A stretch of 64,000 bases of DNA from an uncultured virus (IMG/VR IMGVR_UViG_3300025120_000022) (Duplodnaviria > Heunggongvirae > Uroviricota > Caudoviricetes), in IMG/VR virus record IMGVR_UViG_3300025120_000022. One strand, written 5' to 3'. How positions within the stretch are numbered: position 1 is the first letter of the stretch; each line of letters starts with the position of its first letter. Shown piece after piece: positions 54,623-64,000 of the stretch. Made by a program: the position numbers and the translations under genes. Below the pieces are notes generated by a model. That model did no database searches. It was not told the origin of the DNA and saw only the letters and a list, made by a program, of their open reading frames with translations.

Positions 54623-55509
54623 TGCCTGTTTCATTTGATAGACTTGGTAAGGATGGTCGTCTAGGTAATCAATTATTTCAATATGCTTTCCTTAGAGGAG
54701 TTGCTAAGAGTCGTGGATTCGACTGGATGATTCCTATGGATGATGAATATACACGTCATCACTACGGATTGTTTGAATGCTTTGAGATGTCTGGAGTCAA
54801 GGCAGGGAATCTTGGTAAGACTGGTAACCCTACCATGGAATGTATGGATACTTTGTATCACCCAGAGGTAGTTGATAACTGCAATGAGAATACTAATTTC
54901 CTAGGTACATTTCAGACAGAACGATACTTTGATAATGCTGCTGAAGAGATTCGTAAAGACTTAACATTCAAACCAGGATACCTAGAACCCTGTAGAGAGT
55001 ATATTGATAGTATTGGTGGTAGAGATAATTGTATCTTCCTTCATATAAGACGAGGTAATCCTAATCTGGATGAGAATGGATTCATGTGGTCCTATCAAGT
55101 ATTACAAGATACTCATCCACTCTGCAAACCAGAATATTATGTAGAGGCACTGAAGCACTTCCCTGAGGATAAGCAAGTTATTGTTGTATCTGATTTAATT
55201 GATTGGTGTAAGAAGCAATCTTGGTTGGAGGGTGATAGGTTTCACTTCTCTGATTCTTCTTACGAAGTATTCTCTGATGGTGCAAGTGTTCCATATGCTG
55301 ACCTGTGTCTGATGTCTCTATGTGGCGGAGCAATCATTGCTAACTCTTCATTGTCCTGGTGGGGTGCATGGTTACAGGGTGATGCTGGTAAGGTGATTGC
55401 TCCTGACCCCTGGTATGGACCTAAGGCAAATTTAGATACCAGAGACTTGATTCCAGAACGATGGATTAAACTTGAGAATGATCCGACGCCGATTCCTGCA
55501 GAAGTATGA
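54622..55509 (+). CDS. GT11 glycosyltransferase
   Basis: GRLGNQLFQYA, HIRRG, NSSLSWWGAWL. Confidence 0.85.
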   Translation: MPVSFDRLGKDGRLGNQLFQYAFLRGVAKSRGFDWMIPMDDEYTRHHYGLFECFEMSGVKAGNLGKTGNPTMECMDTLYHPEVVDNCNENTNFLGTFQTERYFDNAAEEIRKDLTFKPGYLEPCREYIDSIGGRDNCIFLHIRRGNPNLDENGFMWSYQVLQDTHPLCKPEYYVEALKHFPEDKQVIVVSDLIDWCKKQSWLEGDRFHFSDSSYEVFSDGASVPYADLCLMSLCGGAIIANSSLSWWGAWLQGDAGKVIAPDPWYGPKANLDTRDLIPERWIKLENDPTPIPAEV

Positions 55510-56324
55510 ACTTAACATTTTTAATCCCAGTAAAACTTGAGTCACCTGATAGGGTAAGGAATCTTAAGACGGTCCTTACTTATCTACTTTCTAAATTTGA
55601 TGCTAAGATCTTAGTACAAGAACATGATACAGAGAGTAAGTTCCCTAAACTTGTTATGCCTTTTATTAGTAAAAAGTTTGGACCTATCACACATAGGTTA
55701 GGATATCATTTTGATGAGCAGAAAGAACCATACTTCCATAAGACAAAGGTATTGAATGATTTGCTATTGCGTTCTGATACAGAGGTAGTATGTAACTATG
55801 ATACCGATGTGTTATTGCCTGAAGAAAGTTATCATTCTGCTTACGATGCTATTGAATCTGGGGAGTATGATGCAATCTATCCATATGGATGTGGTGTCTA
55901 TCAAAAAGCAATCAAATACTCTGCATCAACATTTGCTGAGTTTATTGGTGGTGATATGGACCTCACTGAACTTCATGGACACGCAACCCTTAGTAATTCT
56001 ACTATCGGATGGTGTCAATTTATCCGTAGAGAAAACTATATAAATTCTTTTATGATGAATGAAAACTTTCATGCATGGGGTCCTGAAGATTCTGAGTTAT
56101 ACTATAGACTGCAAGTCTTAGGTAACAGGGTTGGTAGGGTAAATGATTACGTTTACCACCTAGAACATTCACGAACTAATGACTCATGGTTCTCCAATCC
56201 ACTATGGAAAGATAACTTTATGTTGTGGAATTGGATCAGAGAACAAACTGGTGATACCATCTTACAGTATTGTAGACAGCAAGACTATGTTAAAAGGAGA
56301 CTCGATAGTGGAAAAGTTCATTGA
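55506..56324 (+). CDS. GT-A fold glycosyltransferase (GT2/GT7-C-like)
   Basis: DTD, NENFHAWGPED, YHLEH. Confidence 0.75.
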   Translation: MNLTFLIPVKLESPDRVRNLKTVLTYLLSKFDAKILVQEHDTESKFPKLVMPFISKKFGPITHRLGYHFDEQKEPYFHKTKVLNDLLLRSDTEVVCNYDTDVLLPEESYHSAYDAIESGEYDAIYPYGCGVYQKAIKYSASTFAEFIGGDMDLTELHGHATLSNSTIGWCQFIRRENYINSFMMNENFHAWGPEDSELYYRLQVLGNRVGRVNDYVYHLEHSRTNDSWFSNPLWKDNFMLWNWIREQTGDTILQYCRQQDYVKRRLDSGKVH

Positions 56325-56895
56325 TAGGGCACTACATGGTGAACTTGATTCTGATAGACATATCGTTTCTATTTTCTCTATCGCTTTAGCATCCAGAGGT
56401 ACAACATTTGTTGAACTGGGTGTTCGTGAAGGTCATACATCCGAACCCCTGTATGAAGCAGCAAAGTTGAATGGTGGCCACCTTTGGTCTGTTGATCTGA
56501 ATGATCCAACAGAATATAAACCAAACAATGGTCACTATACTTTCTGTAAGAGTGACAGTATCAAGTTCTTAGAAGAGTGGCCTAAGGAAAAAAAGATTGA
56601 TATTGTGTATGTCGATGACTGGCATTCCTATTCTCATGTCAAAAGACAACTCGAATTGCTTGACAGACTGGTAGGGCCAAGTAGTATAATACTCCTACAC
56701 GATCTAATGTATGGTGGAACTGACCCTTTCTATCACTGTGACCTTTCTCATGGTGGTCCCCAATGGGACGCAGGCGGTCCTTACCGTGCAGTCGCAGAAT
56801 TAAATCCACAGTTCTGGGAGTTCTCAACTCTCCCTTGGAACAACGGACTCACAATCCTCAGGAAAAAATATAGTAACAGGTATCACAAATTATGA
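56308..56895 (+). CDS. Class I SAM-dependent methyltransferase
   Basis: VELGVREG, SVD, YVDDWHSY, LLHD; AGGAG upstream of GTG. Confidence 0.75.
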   Translation: MEKFIDRALHGELDSDRHIVSIFSIALASRGTTFVELGVREGHTSEPLYEAAKLNGGHLWSVDLNDPTEYKPNNGHYTFCKSDSIKFLEEWPKEKKIDIVYVDDWHSYSHVKRQLELLDRLVGPSSIILLHDLMYGGTDPFYHCDLSHGGPQWDAGGPYRAVAELNPQFWEFSTLPWNNGLTILRKKYSNRYHKL

Positions 56896-57749
56896 TTGGA
56901 TTTAATGGACTTGGTAACCTAGGCAGACTAGGCAATCAAATGTTTGAGTACGCTACACTTAGGGGTATTGCTGCTAACAAAGGATACGAGTGGTGTATTC
57001 CACCTGTAGATGCAAAGAGCATTGAGAACTATAGTTTGCACCATGCATTCACAATGCCTGATGTGAAACCAGGGAATAGAACGTTCTTGGATAATGGGTA
57101 TGCTCCTACAGTAGCAGAAAGACATTTTCATTTTGATCAAGAGTTATTTGATCTTTGTCCCGATCACATTTCACTACAAGGATTCTTTCAGACCGAGAAA
57201 TACTTTAGAAATATCAGAGATGTGATTCGTAGTGAATATACTTTCCAAGATCATGTTCTTGAACCTTGTAAAGAAGTAATTGATGGATTTGATATTCCTC
57301 CTATCTTTCTGCATGTTCGTAGAGGTGACCCTAACTTAACTGATCCTCGTGGATTCAAGTGGTCATATACCGAATGCTCTGACCAGCATCCACCACAACC
57401 TCTTTCTTACTATGAAAAGGCACTGAAGAAATTCCCTGATGATGTTCCCGTCATTGTATGTTCTGATTCTCCTGAGTGGGTCCAGACACAGGACTTCTTT
57501 AGTGATGACCGCTTTGCTATCTCTGTTCCAGAGGATAAGTATACTGACGGTTCTTATGAACCTTATATTGATATGTGCTTGATGTCTTTGTGTTCTGGTG
57601 CTATAATAGCTAATAGTTCTATGTCTTGGTGGGGTGCCTGGTTGCAGAATGGAAGAGGCAAGGTTGTCGCTCCCAAGATGTGGTTTGGTCCTGCATATCC
57701 GAACAATAATACCAAAGACTTGTACTGCGAAAACTGGATTGTAATTTAA
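56892..57749 (+). CDS. GT11 glycosyltransferase
   Basis: GRLGNQMFEYA, HVRRGD, NSSMSWWGAWL. Confidence 0.85.
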   Translation: MIGFNGLGNLGRLGNQMFEYATLRGIAANKGYEWCIPPVDAKSIENYSLHHAFTMPDVKPGNRTFLDNGYAPTVAERHFHFDQELFDLCPDHISLQGFFQTEKYFRNIRDVIRSEYTFQDHVLEPCKEVIDGFDIPPIFLHVRRGDPNLTDPRGFKWSYTECSDQHPPQPLSYYEKALKKFPDDVPVIVCSDSPEWVQTQDFFSDDRFAISVPEDKYTDGSYEPYIDMCLMSLCSGAIIANSSMSWWGAWLQNGRGKVVAPKMWFGPAYPNNNTKDLYCENWIVI

Positions 57750-58315
57750 TGGCTGCTTCACTTACTATCAACGATCTGAATGAATATTCAGAAAAACTAG
57801 AAGAACTGGTTGAGGATGTAAACTCCTACTCTACCTTTGTGGAGACAGGAACATCCTATGGTGCTAGCATCCAATCTGTGTATCAATACTTTGAAAAGAT
57901 GTGGACTGTAGAGTTGTCTGATGAACTGTATTCTTATGGTAAGAGAGTAACAGATCAGATCCCACATTGTACTCATGTGAAAGGTGACAGTTTAATCGAA
58001 CTTCCCAAGTATCTCCAAGATCTTTCTACAGAAGAGAAAGTATTCTTCTGGTTGGATGCTCACTACTCCTCTATGAATACTGCAAGGAATCATCTTGATT
58101 GTCCCTTGATTGAAGAGTGTGTATTAATTGATAAGAATTATCAAGGTAATAGTGCTATCTTAGTCATTGATGATGTTCGTCTTTTCGGCACCAATGAGAA
58201 CGAAGATTGGAGTTATATCAGTGAAGAAGGAGTTCAGAACTCATTTGAGAATTTTGAGATTAAATTCTATGAGATTGTTAATGACCGACTCCTCCTGTAT
58301 ATCGTAAAGAAATGA
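57749..58315 (+). CDS. Methyltransferase-fold protein
   Basis: FVETGT..G, GDS, FWLDAH, VIDDVRLF. Confidence 0.6.
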   Translation: MAASLTINDLNEYSEKLEELVEDVNSYSTFVETGTSYGASIQSVYQYFEKMWTVELSDELYSYGKRVTDQIPHCTHVKGDSLIELPKYLQDLSTEEKVFFWLDAHYSSMNTARNHLDCPLIEECVLIDKNYQGNSAILVIDDVRLFGTNENEDWSYISEEGVQNSFENFEIKFYEIVNDRLLLYIVKK

Positions 58316-59145
58316 AGAAAGATCTAAAAGACTGCACATTCATTATCCCTATCAGGATTGAATCTGATGATAGGTTGAGAAATATTATTACAGTTCTCTG
58401 CTACCTGAACTCTGCTTTTGATACTAATATCATTGTAAAGGAGGTTGATATTGAATCTAAGTTTGATAAACTTGCACTACCACAGATTACAGAATACTGT
58501 GATGGTGATGTATCTAAGATCAATTATATCTTTGAGCAATCAGATGACCCTCTGTTCTTGAGAGAAAAGATTCTCAATGAGATGCTGATCCTTACAACGA
58601 CAAAGGTCATTGTAAATTATGATTGTGATATGATTCTTCCTATTGATACCTATTTGGAATCATACCGTAGGATCATGGAAGACGAGAGTGATATGATCTA
58701 TCCCTATGGTGAAGGTCCAGGGTTCCTGTCTAAAGTTAATACCTCAGACACACTGGTATCTGACTTCTTGAATGATGAAGATTACGATCTGTGGATTTTA
58801 AAGAAGAGTTCTGTTCCAGACAATGCTGGATTCGGATGGATTCAGTTCCTGAGTAGGGATGTATACTTTGAAGGTGGTATGGAGAATGAGAACTTTATGG
58901 GTTCTGCTCCTGACGACTATGAACGTCACCATAGATTCAAGACCCTAGGATACCGAGTAGATAGAATCAACAGTGAAGTATTCCACCTAGAGCATGCTAG
59001 GGGCATGAACTCCTATCCTCAATCAATGTCACAGCATCCTTACTGGCAACATAATTGGGATCTTTGGTGTTATCTTGAGAAGTGTAACAAAGAACAGTTG
59101 CTTGAATACTATTCCAAACAAGAATATCTGAAAAAATATCAATGA
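58312..59145 (+). CDS. GT-A fold glycosyltransferase, paralog of 55506-56324
   Basis: DCD, GGMENENF, FHLEH. Confidence 0.75.
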   Translation: MKKDLKDCTFIIPIRIESDDRLRNIITVLCYLNSAFDTNIIVKEVDIESKFDKLALPQITEYCDGDVSKINYIFEQSDDPLFLREKILNEMLILTTTKVIVNYDCDMILPIDTYLESYRRIMEDESDMIYPYGEGPGFLSKVNTSDTLVSDFLNDEDYDLWILKKSSVPDNAGFGWIQFLSRDVYFEGGMENENFMGSAPDDYERHHRFKTLGYRVDRINSEVFHLEHARGMNSYPQSMSQHPYWQHNWDLWCYLEKCNKEQLLEYYSKQEYLKKYQ

Positions 59146-60089
59146 TTATTGCATCTTGTCCTCTTCGGGTATCACTCTTCGGTGGTTCCACAGATAACCC
59201 ATACTTCGTAGAGCAGTATGGACGTGGTTCTGTAATTAGTTTTACCTCCAGTCTGAAGACCTATGTGACTATTACACAGGACAAGTTTGGTTTTAATAGA
59301 GAGCAGCACAAATATATCATCAACTATTCTAGAAGAGAAGAAGTCTCTAGTATTGGAGGTATTCAGAACGAGGTTGTAAGGACTGTATTGCAATACTATG
59401 ATATGCCACCAGTTCAGGTAACTCTGACCAGTGATGCATATTCACAGGGTAGTGGACTTGCATCCTCTTCTTCTTATACAATCAGTCTTATCAAAGCATG
59501 CACAATGTTCCTAGGTATTCCGATTACCGACAGTGATGCATGTAAACTCGCATATAAGTTAGAAAGAACTTATAACCCATACTGTGGATATCAAGATCCA
59601 TACGGATGTGGTGTTGGTGGATTCAAGCGTATCAATTTTATGGGAGATGATTGTATCACCTATGAGTTCTTATCTACCGATCTATTTGATCACTACGATA
59701 CACACCTTGTCTTTACGGGTGTCACAAGAAACTCCAAGAACATTCTCAAGAATGTGACGGAGAACCTGGATAAAGTCAAACCTCTTTTAGAAACGTGTGA
59801 TGAAGCATATTATCTGCTTTCTAATAAGAGTTACAAGTGTTTCCTGAATCTCATGAGCAAGAGTTGGAGACAGAAGAAGCAAACCTCTTCCACTATTGCA
59901 GAGAATGAAACTATCCAGATGATGGACTCTGCACTAGAACTGAACGATACTGTCCTAGCACATCGATTGTGTGGCGCTGGTAATGGTGGGTTCTTCCTGA
60001 CATTTTCTAAACCTGGCACATTGACAATTCCATATGACTCTGTTAGAATACGAGTCGGAACTGATGGTGTCTATGGTAAATCCATTTGA
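59142..60089 (+). CDS. GHMP sugar-phosphate kinase (HddA-like)
   Basis: PLRVSLFGGSTD, GSGLASSS, GYQD, LCGAGNGGF. Confidence 0.85.
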   Translation: MIIASCPLRVSLFGGSTDNPYFVEQYGRGSVISFTSSLKTYVTITQDKFGFNREQHKYIINYSRREEVSSIGGIQNEVVRTVLQYYDMPPVQVTLTSDAYSQGSGLASSSSYTISLIKACTMFLGIPITDSDACKLAYKLERTYNPYCGYQDPYGCGVGGFKRINFMGDDCITYEFLSTDLFDHYDTHLVFTGVTRNSKNILKNVTENLDKVKPLLETCDEAYYLLSNKSYKCFLNLMSKSWRQKKQTSSTIAENETIQMMDSALELNDTVLAHRLCGAGNGGFFLTFSKPGTLTIPYDSVRIRVGTDGVYGKSI

Positions 60090-60579
60090 TGAATATGCAA
60101 AGGTGCTTAAATGCGCCCATATGGAAGAGCAGTTTTTAAGATTTCGAGCAGCATTTGATTCTCATAATAGAATTATTATATTAGGTAATGGTGGAAGCAG
60201 TTCTGTTGCATCTCATATATCTCAAGACTATATGAAGTTCAAGGGTAAGAAAGTTTCTATTCTTTCTGATCCTTCAATGCTAACCATGCTTTCTAATGAC
60301 TTTGGTTACAAGAAAGCATACCAGAAGTTTTTAGAGTATTACGTAGAAGAAGATACTCTTGTGGTTATTATGAGTTCTGGTGGTGAATCAAAGAACATGA
60401 TTAACTGCGTTAATTGGTGTGAAGATAATAAAGTTGATTATGGAGTGCTGACTGGGTTTGAATGTAATAATAGAATAAGAACCATTGCAGTTGATGCTCT
60501 ATGGAACTATTGGATTGATAGTAAGTCATATGGTGTGATAGAGTGTGTTCATCAAATCTTTCTTCATGGAGTAGTATGA
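60073..60579 (+). CDS. gmhA: SIS-domain phosphoheptose isomerase (GmhA-like)
   Basis: GNGGS...ASH, SNDFGY, SSGGESKN, E..H. Confidence 0.75.
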   Translation: MVNPFDEYAKVLKCAHMEEQFLRFRAAFDSHNRIIILGNGGSSSVASHISQDYMKFKGKKVSILSDPSMLTMLSNDFGYKKAYQKFLEYYVEEDTLVVIMSSGGESKNMINCVNWCEDNKVDYGVLTGFECNNRIRTIAVDALWNYWIDSKSYGVIECVHQIFLHGVV

Positions 60580-61325
60580 GATTTTGCTTTGATTTAGACG
60601 GGACAATCTGTGATACTCCCTGTGATCCAGACGGTCACAATCAACGATATTGGGATGCACTTCCTATCCCACTCATGGTAGATACAGTCAATCGTCTTTA
60701 TGATGAAGGACATTATATTATCATTATGACTGCTCGTGGTAGAGGGTCAGGTAAGGATTGGACATCACAAACCGAGAAGAGTCTGAATGACTGGGGTGTG
60801 AAGTATCACGAACTGGAACCAATGTTTCATAAACCTAATGCTGATATCTTCATTGATGATAAGGGTGCTAATGTATTCGATTGGATTCTAGGTCAACCAC
60901 AAAGAAAAGGAATCATTGCAGGTGCCTTTGATATAATCCATCCAGGATATATTCGTATGTTTGCTGATGCAAAGAAGTATTGCAATCACCTAACTGTTGC
61001 ACTCCACGTTGATCCTTCAACAGAGCGAGCACATAAACTGAAACCAGTGCAGACTGCAGAGGAACGTAAAGAGATTCTTCTGGGTATACGAAATATTGAT
61101 GATGTTGTGTTTTATAACACTGAAGACGAATACCTTGCACTCCTAGAAAGTGGCGAGTATAATGTACGTTTCCTAGGTGAAGATTATTCTGATGGAAGTT
61201 ATAGTGGTGTTGGTCTGGGTATTCCAATTACTTGGTTGCCTAGAAACCATGAGTACTCTAGTACTCGATTAAAAACATTGATTCATAATTCTATTATGCC
61301 AAGGAGACATGAAAAATATGATTAA
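60576..61325 (+). CDS. HAD phosphatase fused to a cytidylyltransferase-family domain
   Basis: FDLDGT, TARG, KP.AD.FIDDK, then GAFDIIHPGY, KP, GEDY, YSSTRLK. Confidence 0.8.
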   Translation: MRFCFDLDGTICDTPCDPDGHNQRYWDALPIPLMVDTVNRLYDEGHYIIIMTARGRGSGKDWTSQTEKSLNDWGVKYHELEPMFHKPNADIFIDDKGANVFDWILGQPQRKGIIAGAFDIIHPGYIRMFADAKKYCNHLTVALHVDPSTERAHKLKPVQTAEERKEILLGIRNIDDVVFYNTEDEYLALLESGEYNVRFLGEDYSDGSYSGVGLGIPITWLPRNHEYSSTRLKTLIHNSIMPRRHEKYD

Positions 61326-62211
61326 GAGTTTAGTCACAGGTGCAGCAGGTTTTATTGGATCTAACCTGGTCGATTACCTACTTGAACAAGGTCATTATGT
61401 TGTTTGTATTGATAATGAAAGTGCAAACAACAATGACTTTTACTGGAATAGTAAAGCATATAATGTGAAGGCAGACATCTCCAGTTATGGAGATATGCGA
61501 GAACACTTTGATGGTATTGACTATGTGTTTCATCTAGCAGCAGAGAGTCGTCTGCAACCTGCTATTGAGAACCCTATCAATGCAGTCACTAAAAACTGTG
61601 TAGGAACCACTGTGGTTCTTCAATGTGCAAGAGAAGCAGGTGTGAAGCGGGTAGTATACTCTTCTACATCATCTGGATATGGTGGTAATCGTTGGCCTAA
61701 TGTAGAGACACAACCTGATGATTGTCTAAACCCATACTCTGTGTCCAAGATTGCAGGTGAGAAACTATGTAAGATGTATACTGACCTTTATGGTTTGGAG
61801 ACAATATCGTTGAGATACTTTAATGTATTTGGTGAGCGGTCTCCTACTGTTGGTCAGTATGCACCAGTGATTGGTATCTTCCAGAGACAAGAAGCAAATG
61901 GAGATGCACTTACTATTATCGGTGATGGTTCACAGAGACGTGACTTTGTTCACGTTAAAGATGTAGCAAGAGCAAACTATCTTGCATCCCTGTCACCTAT
62001 CTACCATATGTTGGGTCATGTATTCAATGTAGGTAGTGGTAAGAACTATTCTATACAAGAGATTGCTAACGCTATCTCTGATGCTCAGATATACTTACCT
62101 GAACGTTCTGGTGAAGCATCGACTACTCTTGCAAATATAGATAGAATTGGTGAAATCATTGGATGGAAACCTGAAATTGATGTGATGGAATGGATTAAAA
62201 CTAATGGATAA
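61309..62211 (+). CDS. NAD-dependent epimerase/dehydratase
   Basis: TGAAGFIGS, FHLAA, YSVSK, RYFNVFG, GDGSQRRDF. Confidence 0.88.
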   Translation: MKNMIKSLVTGAAGFIGSNLVDYLLEQGHYVVCIDNESANNNDFYWNSKAYNVKADISSYGDMREHFDGIDYVFHLAAESRLQPAIENPINAVTKNCVGTTVVLQCAREAGVKRVVYSSTSSGYGGNRWPNVETQPDDCLNPYSVSKIAGEKLCKMYTDLYGLETISLRYFNVFGERSPTVGQYAPVIGIFQRQEANGDALTIIGDGSQRRDFVHVKDVARANYLASLSPIYHMLGHVFNVGSGKNYSIQEIANAISDAQIYLPERSGEASTTLANIDRIGEIIGWKPEIDVMEWIKTNG

Positions 62212-63007
62212 GAATAAGGCAGTATATAAACTCAAAGGTCTTCCACCTATCTACTACACGAACCTGGATCGTAGTCCAGAACGTCAGAAGTATATGGAGG
62301 ATCAGTTCAAATACTGGGAGATTGAAGACTACACCCGTATCTCTGGATACGATGGTACTGGTGAAGACGATCTGAGCGGTATCCTGAAGGGTCGCTATCC
62401 TGATCAGATGGGTCCGACTGACGTTGGGTGCTGTACATCGCACTTGAAAGCAATTCACCATTGGTATACGACATCTGATACTCCTTGTGCTATCATGATG
62501 GAAGATGATTGTGACCTGTCAGTTGTTTCCAATTGGCCCTTTACCTGGAAAGAGTTCTATTCTAGAATGCCTTTTGACTATGACTTGGTTCAACTTGCAG
62601 TGATTAATCCTGGTGCCCTGCATGTAGCACTCCATAAGAGATTCGTCAATGACTTCTCTACTGCCTGCTACTTGATTACAAGACATCATGCTAAGAAACT
62701 GATGAACTTGTGTTACAGAGACGGCAAGTATAAACTTGATTACAAGGCAAAACCAAGATGCAATTCCGAGCACTTGATCTATGAGTCTGGTAATAGTTTT
62801 GCTATGCCTGTCCTATTGTTCTCTCCTCCACATCTTGAATCTATGATTTGGGATAAGAGTCACATTGATGCTTTTCATGTCCCAAGTCGAGATGGATTGC
62901 GTGAATGGTGGACTAATGAATCACCTAAACTTGAGAACTGGGAAAAATTATTTGAATACGATCCCTATATGGGACGCTTACCACCTGTAGAACAAAAAAA
63001 TGATTAG
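62204..63007 (+). CDS. GT25-like glycosyltransferase
   Basis: NLDRSPER, GCCTSHL, MEDD, ACYLI. Confidence 0.75.
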   Translation: MDKNKAVYKLKGLPPIYYTNLDRSPERQKYMEDQFKYWEIEDYTRISGYDGTGEDDLSGILKGRYPDQMGPTDVGCCTSHLKAIHHWYTTSDTPCAIMMEDDCDLSVVSNWPFTWKEFYSRMPFDYDLVQLAVINPGALHVALHKRFVNDFSTACYLITRHHAKKLMNLCYRDGKYKLDYKAKPRCNSEHLIYESGNSFAMPVLLFSPPHLESMIWDKSHIDAFHVPSRDGLREWWTNESPKLENWEKLFEYDPYMGRLPPVEQKND

Positions 63008-63212
63008 TCCGTACTACATTGAAGAACCAATCACTCACATAAAGGTAGAAGTTCCTGAAGTGATACTATATTACTGTGATAATTTCACATATAATGCTGA
63101 TAGAGATGATCTACGGTATATTGATTGTGTGTATATGCACATGGGAGACTATGGAAATGACCCAAAAGTCCTTGAAAAGTTAAGAAGAACGTCTAGACCT
63201 ATTTTTGAATAG
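63000..63212 (+). CDS. Hypothetical protein
   Basis: Overlaps the GT25 stop. Confidence 0.5.
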   Translation: MISPYYIEEPITHIKVEVPEVILYYCDNFTYNADRDDLRYIDCVYMHMGDYGNDPKVLEKLRRTSRPIFE

Positions 63213-63238
63213 TAAATAATGTATCGCTAAAAACATCG

Positions 63239-63397
63239 ATGTCTAAGAATTTTGTATCCAAGGACGAACTCAAGTGCCGTGTCTTGAAATTGAAGCACGA
63301 ATTGGACTGGGAACAGTCATCTACAGAGGAAGAGAGAGACCTAGCACACTTATACCTGAACTACGTCCTGAATGCTCTTGAAGAATATAGGGGTTGA
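63239..63397 (+). CDS. Small hypothetical protein
   Basis: MSKNFVSKDELKCRVLKLK...LAHLYLNYVL (manual translation). Confidence 0.55.
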   Translation: MSKNFVSKDELKCRVLKLKHELDWEQSSTEEERDLAHLYLNYVLNALEEYRG

Positions 63398-63517
63398 CAA
63401 CACCAGTATGTTCGGTTATAATAGTATTTCGGATGTATAAATACCTATTCGTGACGCGCATTACGAACTGTTACAGTTTCAACGCCTCAACTAATCGCCA
63501 AGATTCTGTGCTATAAT
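63394..63517 (+). promoter_or_regulatory. Stacked promoters upstream of the OMP gene
   Basis: TTGACA-17-TATAAT (63394-63422), late TATAAATA (63436-63443), extended TGCTATAAT (63509-63517). Confidence 0.6.
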
Positions 63518-63591
63518 ATCCATAACGAGACACGTCGATGTCTCTATTCATCTGCGGGTAACCATTCCGCAAGTAACTAAAGGTAACAAAA

Positions 63592-63957
63592 ATGTTTAAA
63601 TCTGTATTCGCAGCTACTGCTGCTCTGTCCATGTCCGCTGGCGCTGCCCTTGCAGGTCCCTACGTTAACGTAGAAACCAATGCCGGTTGGGTTGGAGATG
63701 ACTACTCTGCTGCGACCACCGACCTTCATGTAGGGTACGAAGGCGACCTGGGTGCTGCTTCATACTATGTGCAAGCGGGTCCTGCAGTCGTCGCTGTTGA
63801 CGGTGAAGAAAGCGAGACTCAGTTCTCTGGTAAAGCAGGTCTTGGCGTCCCTGTCACCGATGCTCTTGGAGTATATGGTGAGCTGTCGTTCCTGACTGCT
63901 GACGATTCCGATAACAACGGTTATGGAGGTAAGTTGGGCGTTAAGTACAGCTTCTGA
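63592..63957 (+). CDS. Secreted outer-membrane beta-barrel-like protein
   Basis: Sec signal peptide ending ALA, alternating beta strands, C-terminal GVKYSF. Confidence 0.75.
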   Translation: MFKSVFAATAALSMSAGAALAGPYVNVETNAGWVGDDYSAATTDLHVGYEGDLGAASYYVQAGPAVVAVDGEESETQFSGKAGLGVPVTDALGVYGELSFLTADDSDNNGYGGKLGVKYSF

Positions 63958-63977
63958 TATATTAATTGTATCGTGCG

Positions 63978-63999
63978 GGGGGCAGCGCCCCCCTTTTTT
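63978..63999 (+). terminator. Intrinsic terminator
   Basis: G-rich/C-rich stem followed by T6. Confidence 0.75.
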
Positions 64000-64000
64000 A

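Noticed and set aside
48624..63007. DNA hypermodification as the function of the sugar cluster
   Set aside because: No hydroxymethylase or recognisable DNA glycosyltransferase in the window; the GT families are surface-glycan types. Not excluded genome-wide.
1..64000. CRISPR array, diversity-generating retroelement, integrase or transposase
   Set aside because: No regularly spaced repeat-spacer units and no reverse transcriptase, recombinase or transposase motifs seen by eye.
1..64000. Stop-codon reassignment
   Set aside because: Genes tile densely under the standard code using all three stops, and no suppressor anticodon was found.

Overview
This 64 kb window is a segment of a T4-like marine cyanomyophage (Kyanoviridae-type, probably infecting Synechococcus). 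Essentially all genes are on the + strand. In order it carries: the head module (g21, g22, g23), g3, uvsY/uvsW, late sigma g55, g47/g46, a vWA protein plus CobS-like AAA+ pair, the replisome (g45, g44, g62, regA, g43, uvsX, g41), hsp20, dam and mazG. Next come a block of late, basic, low-complexity putative capsid-internal proteins, then primase and nrdA/nrdB. An accessory island follows with 6 tRNA or tRNA-like genes, an HNH nuclease, pstS, a host-like purF and a truncated gnd, then a ~14 kb sugar-nucleotide/glycosyltransferase cluster that includes nadE and a heptose-type pathway, and finally an outer-membrane beta-barrel gene. The most notable signals are five. (1) A 52-bp promoter-plus-leader element (48/52 identical) occurs as an inverted pair 34.4 kb apart, bracketing g55-nrdB. 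(2) A family of proteins has T4 capsid-targeting-like N-termini, alongside modular polyproteins punctuated by prohead-protease-like Glu sites. (3) A promoter-driven pseudoknotted RNA is followed by an orphan Phd-like antitoxin and an atypical tRNA(UAU). (4) A ROSE-like thermometer lies upstream of hsp20. (5) purF looks recently captured from a host. All calls come from manual motif recognition; no database searches were run.
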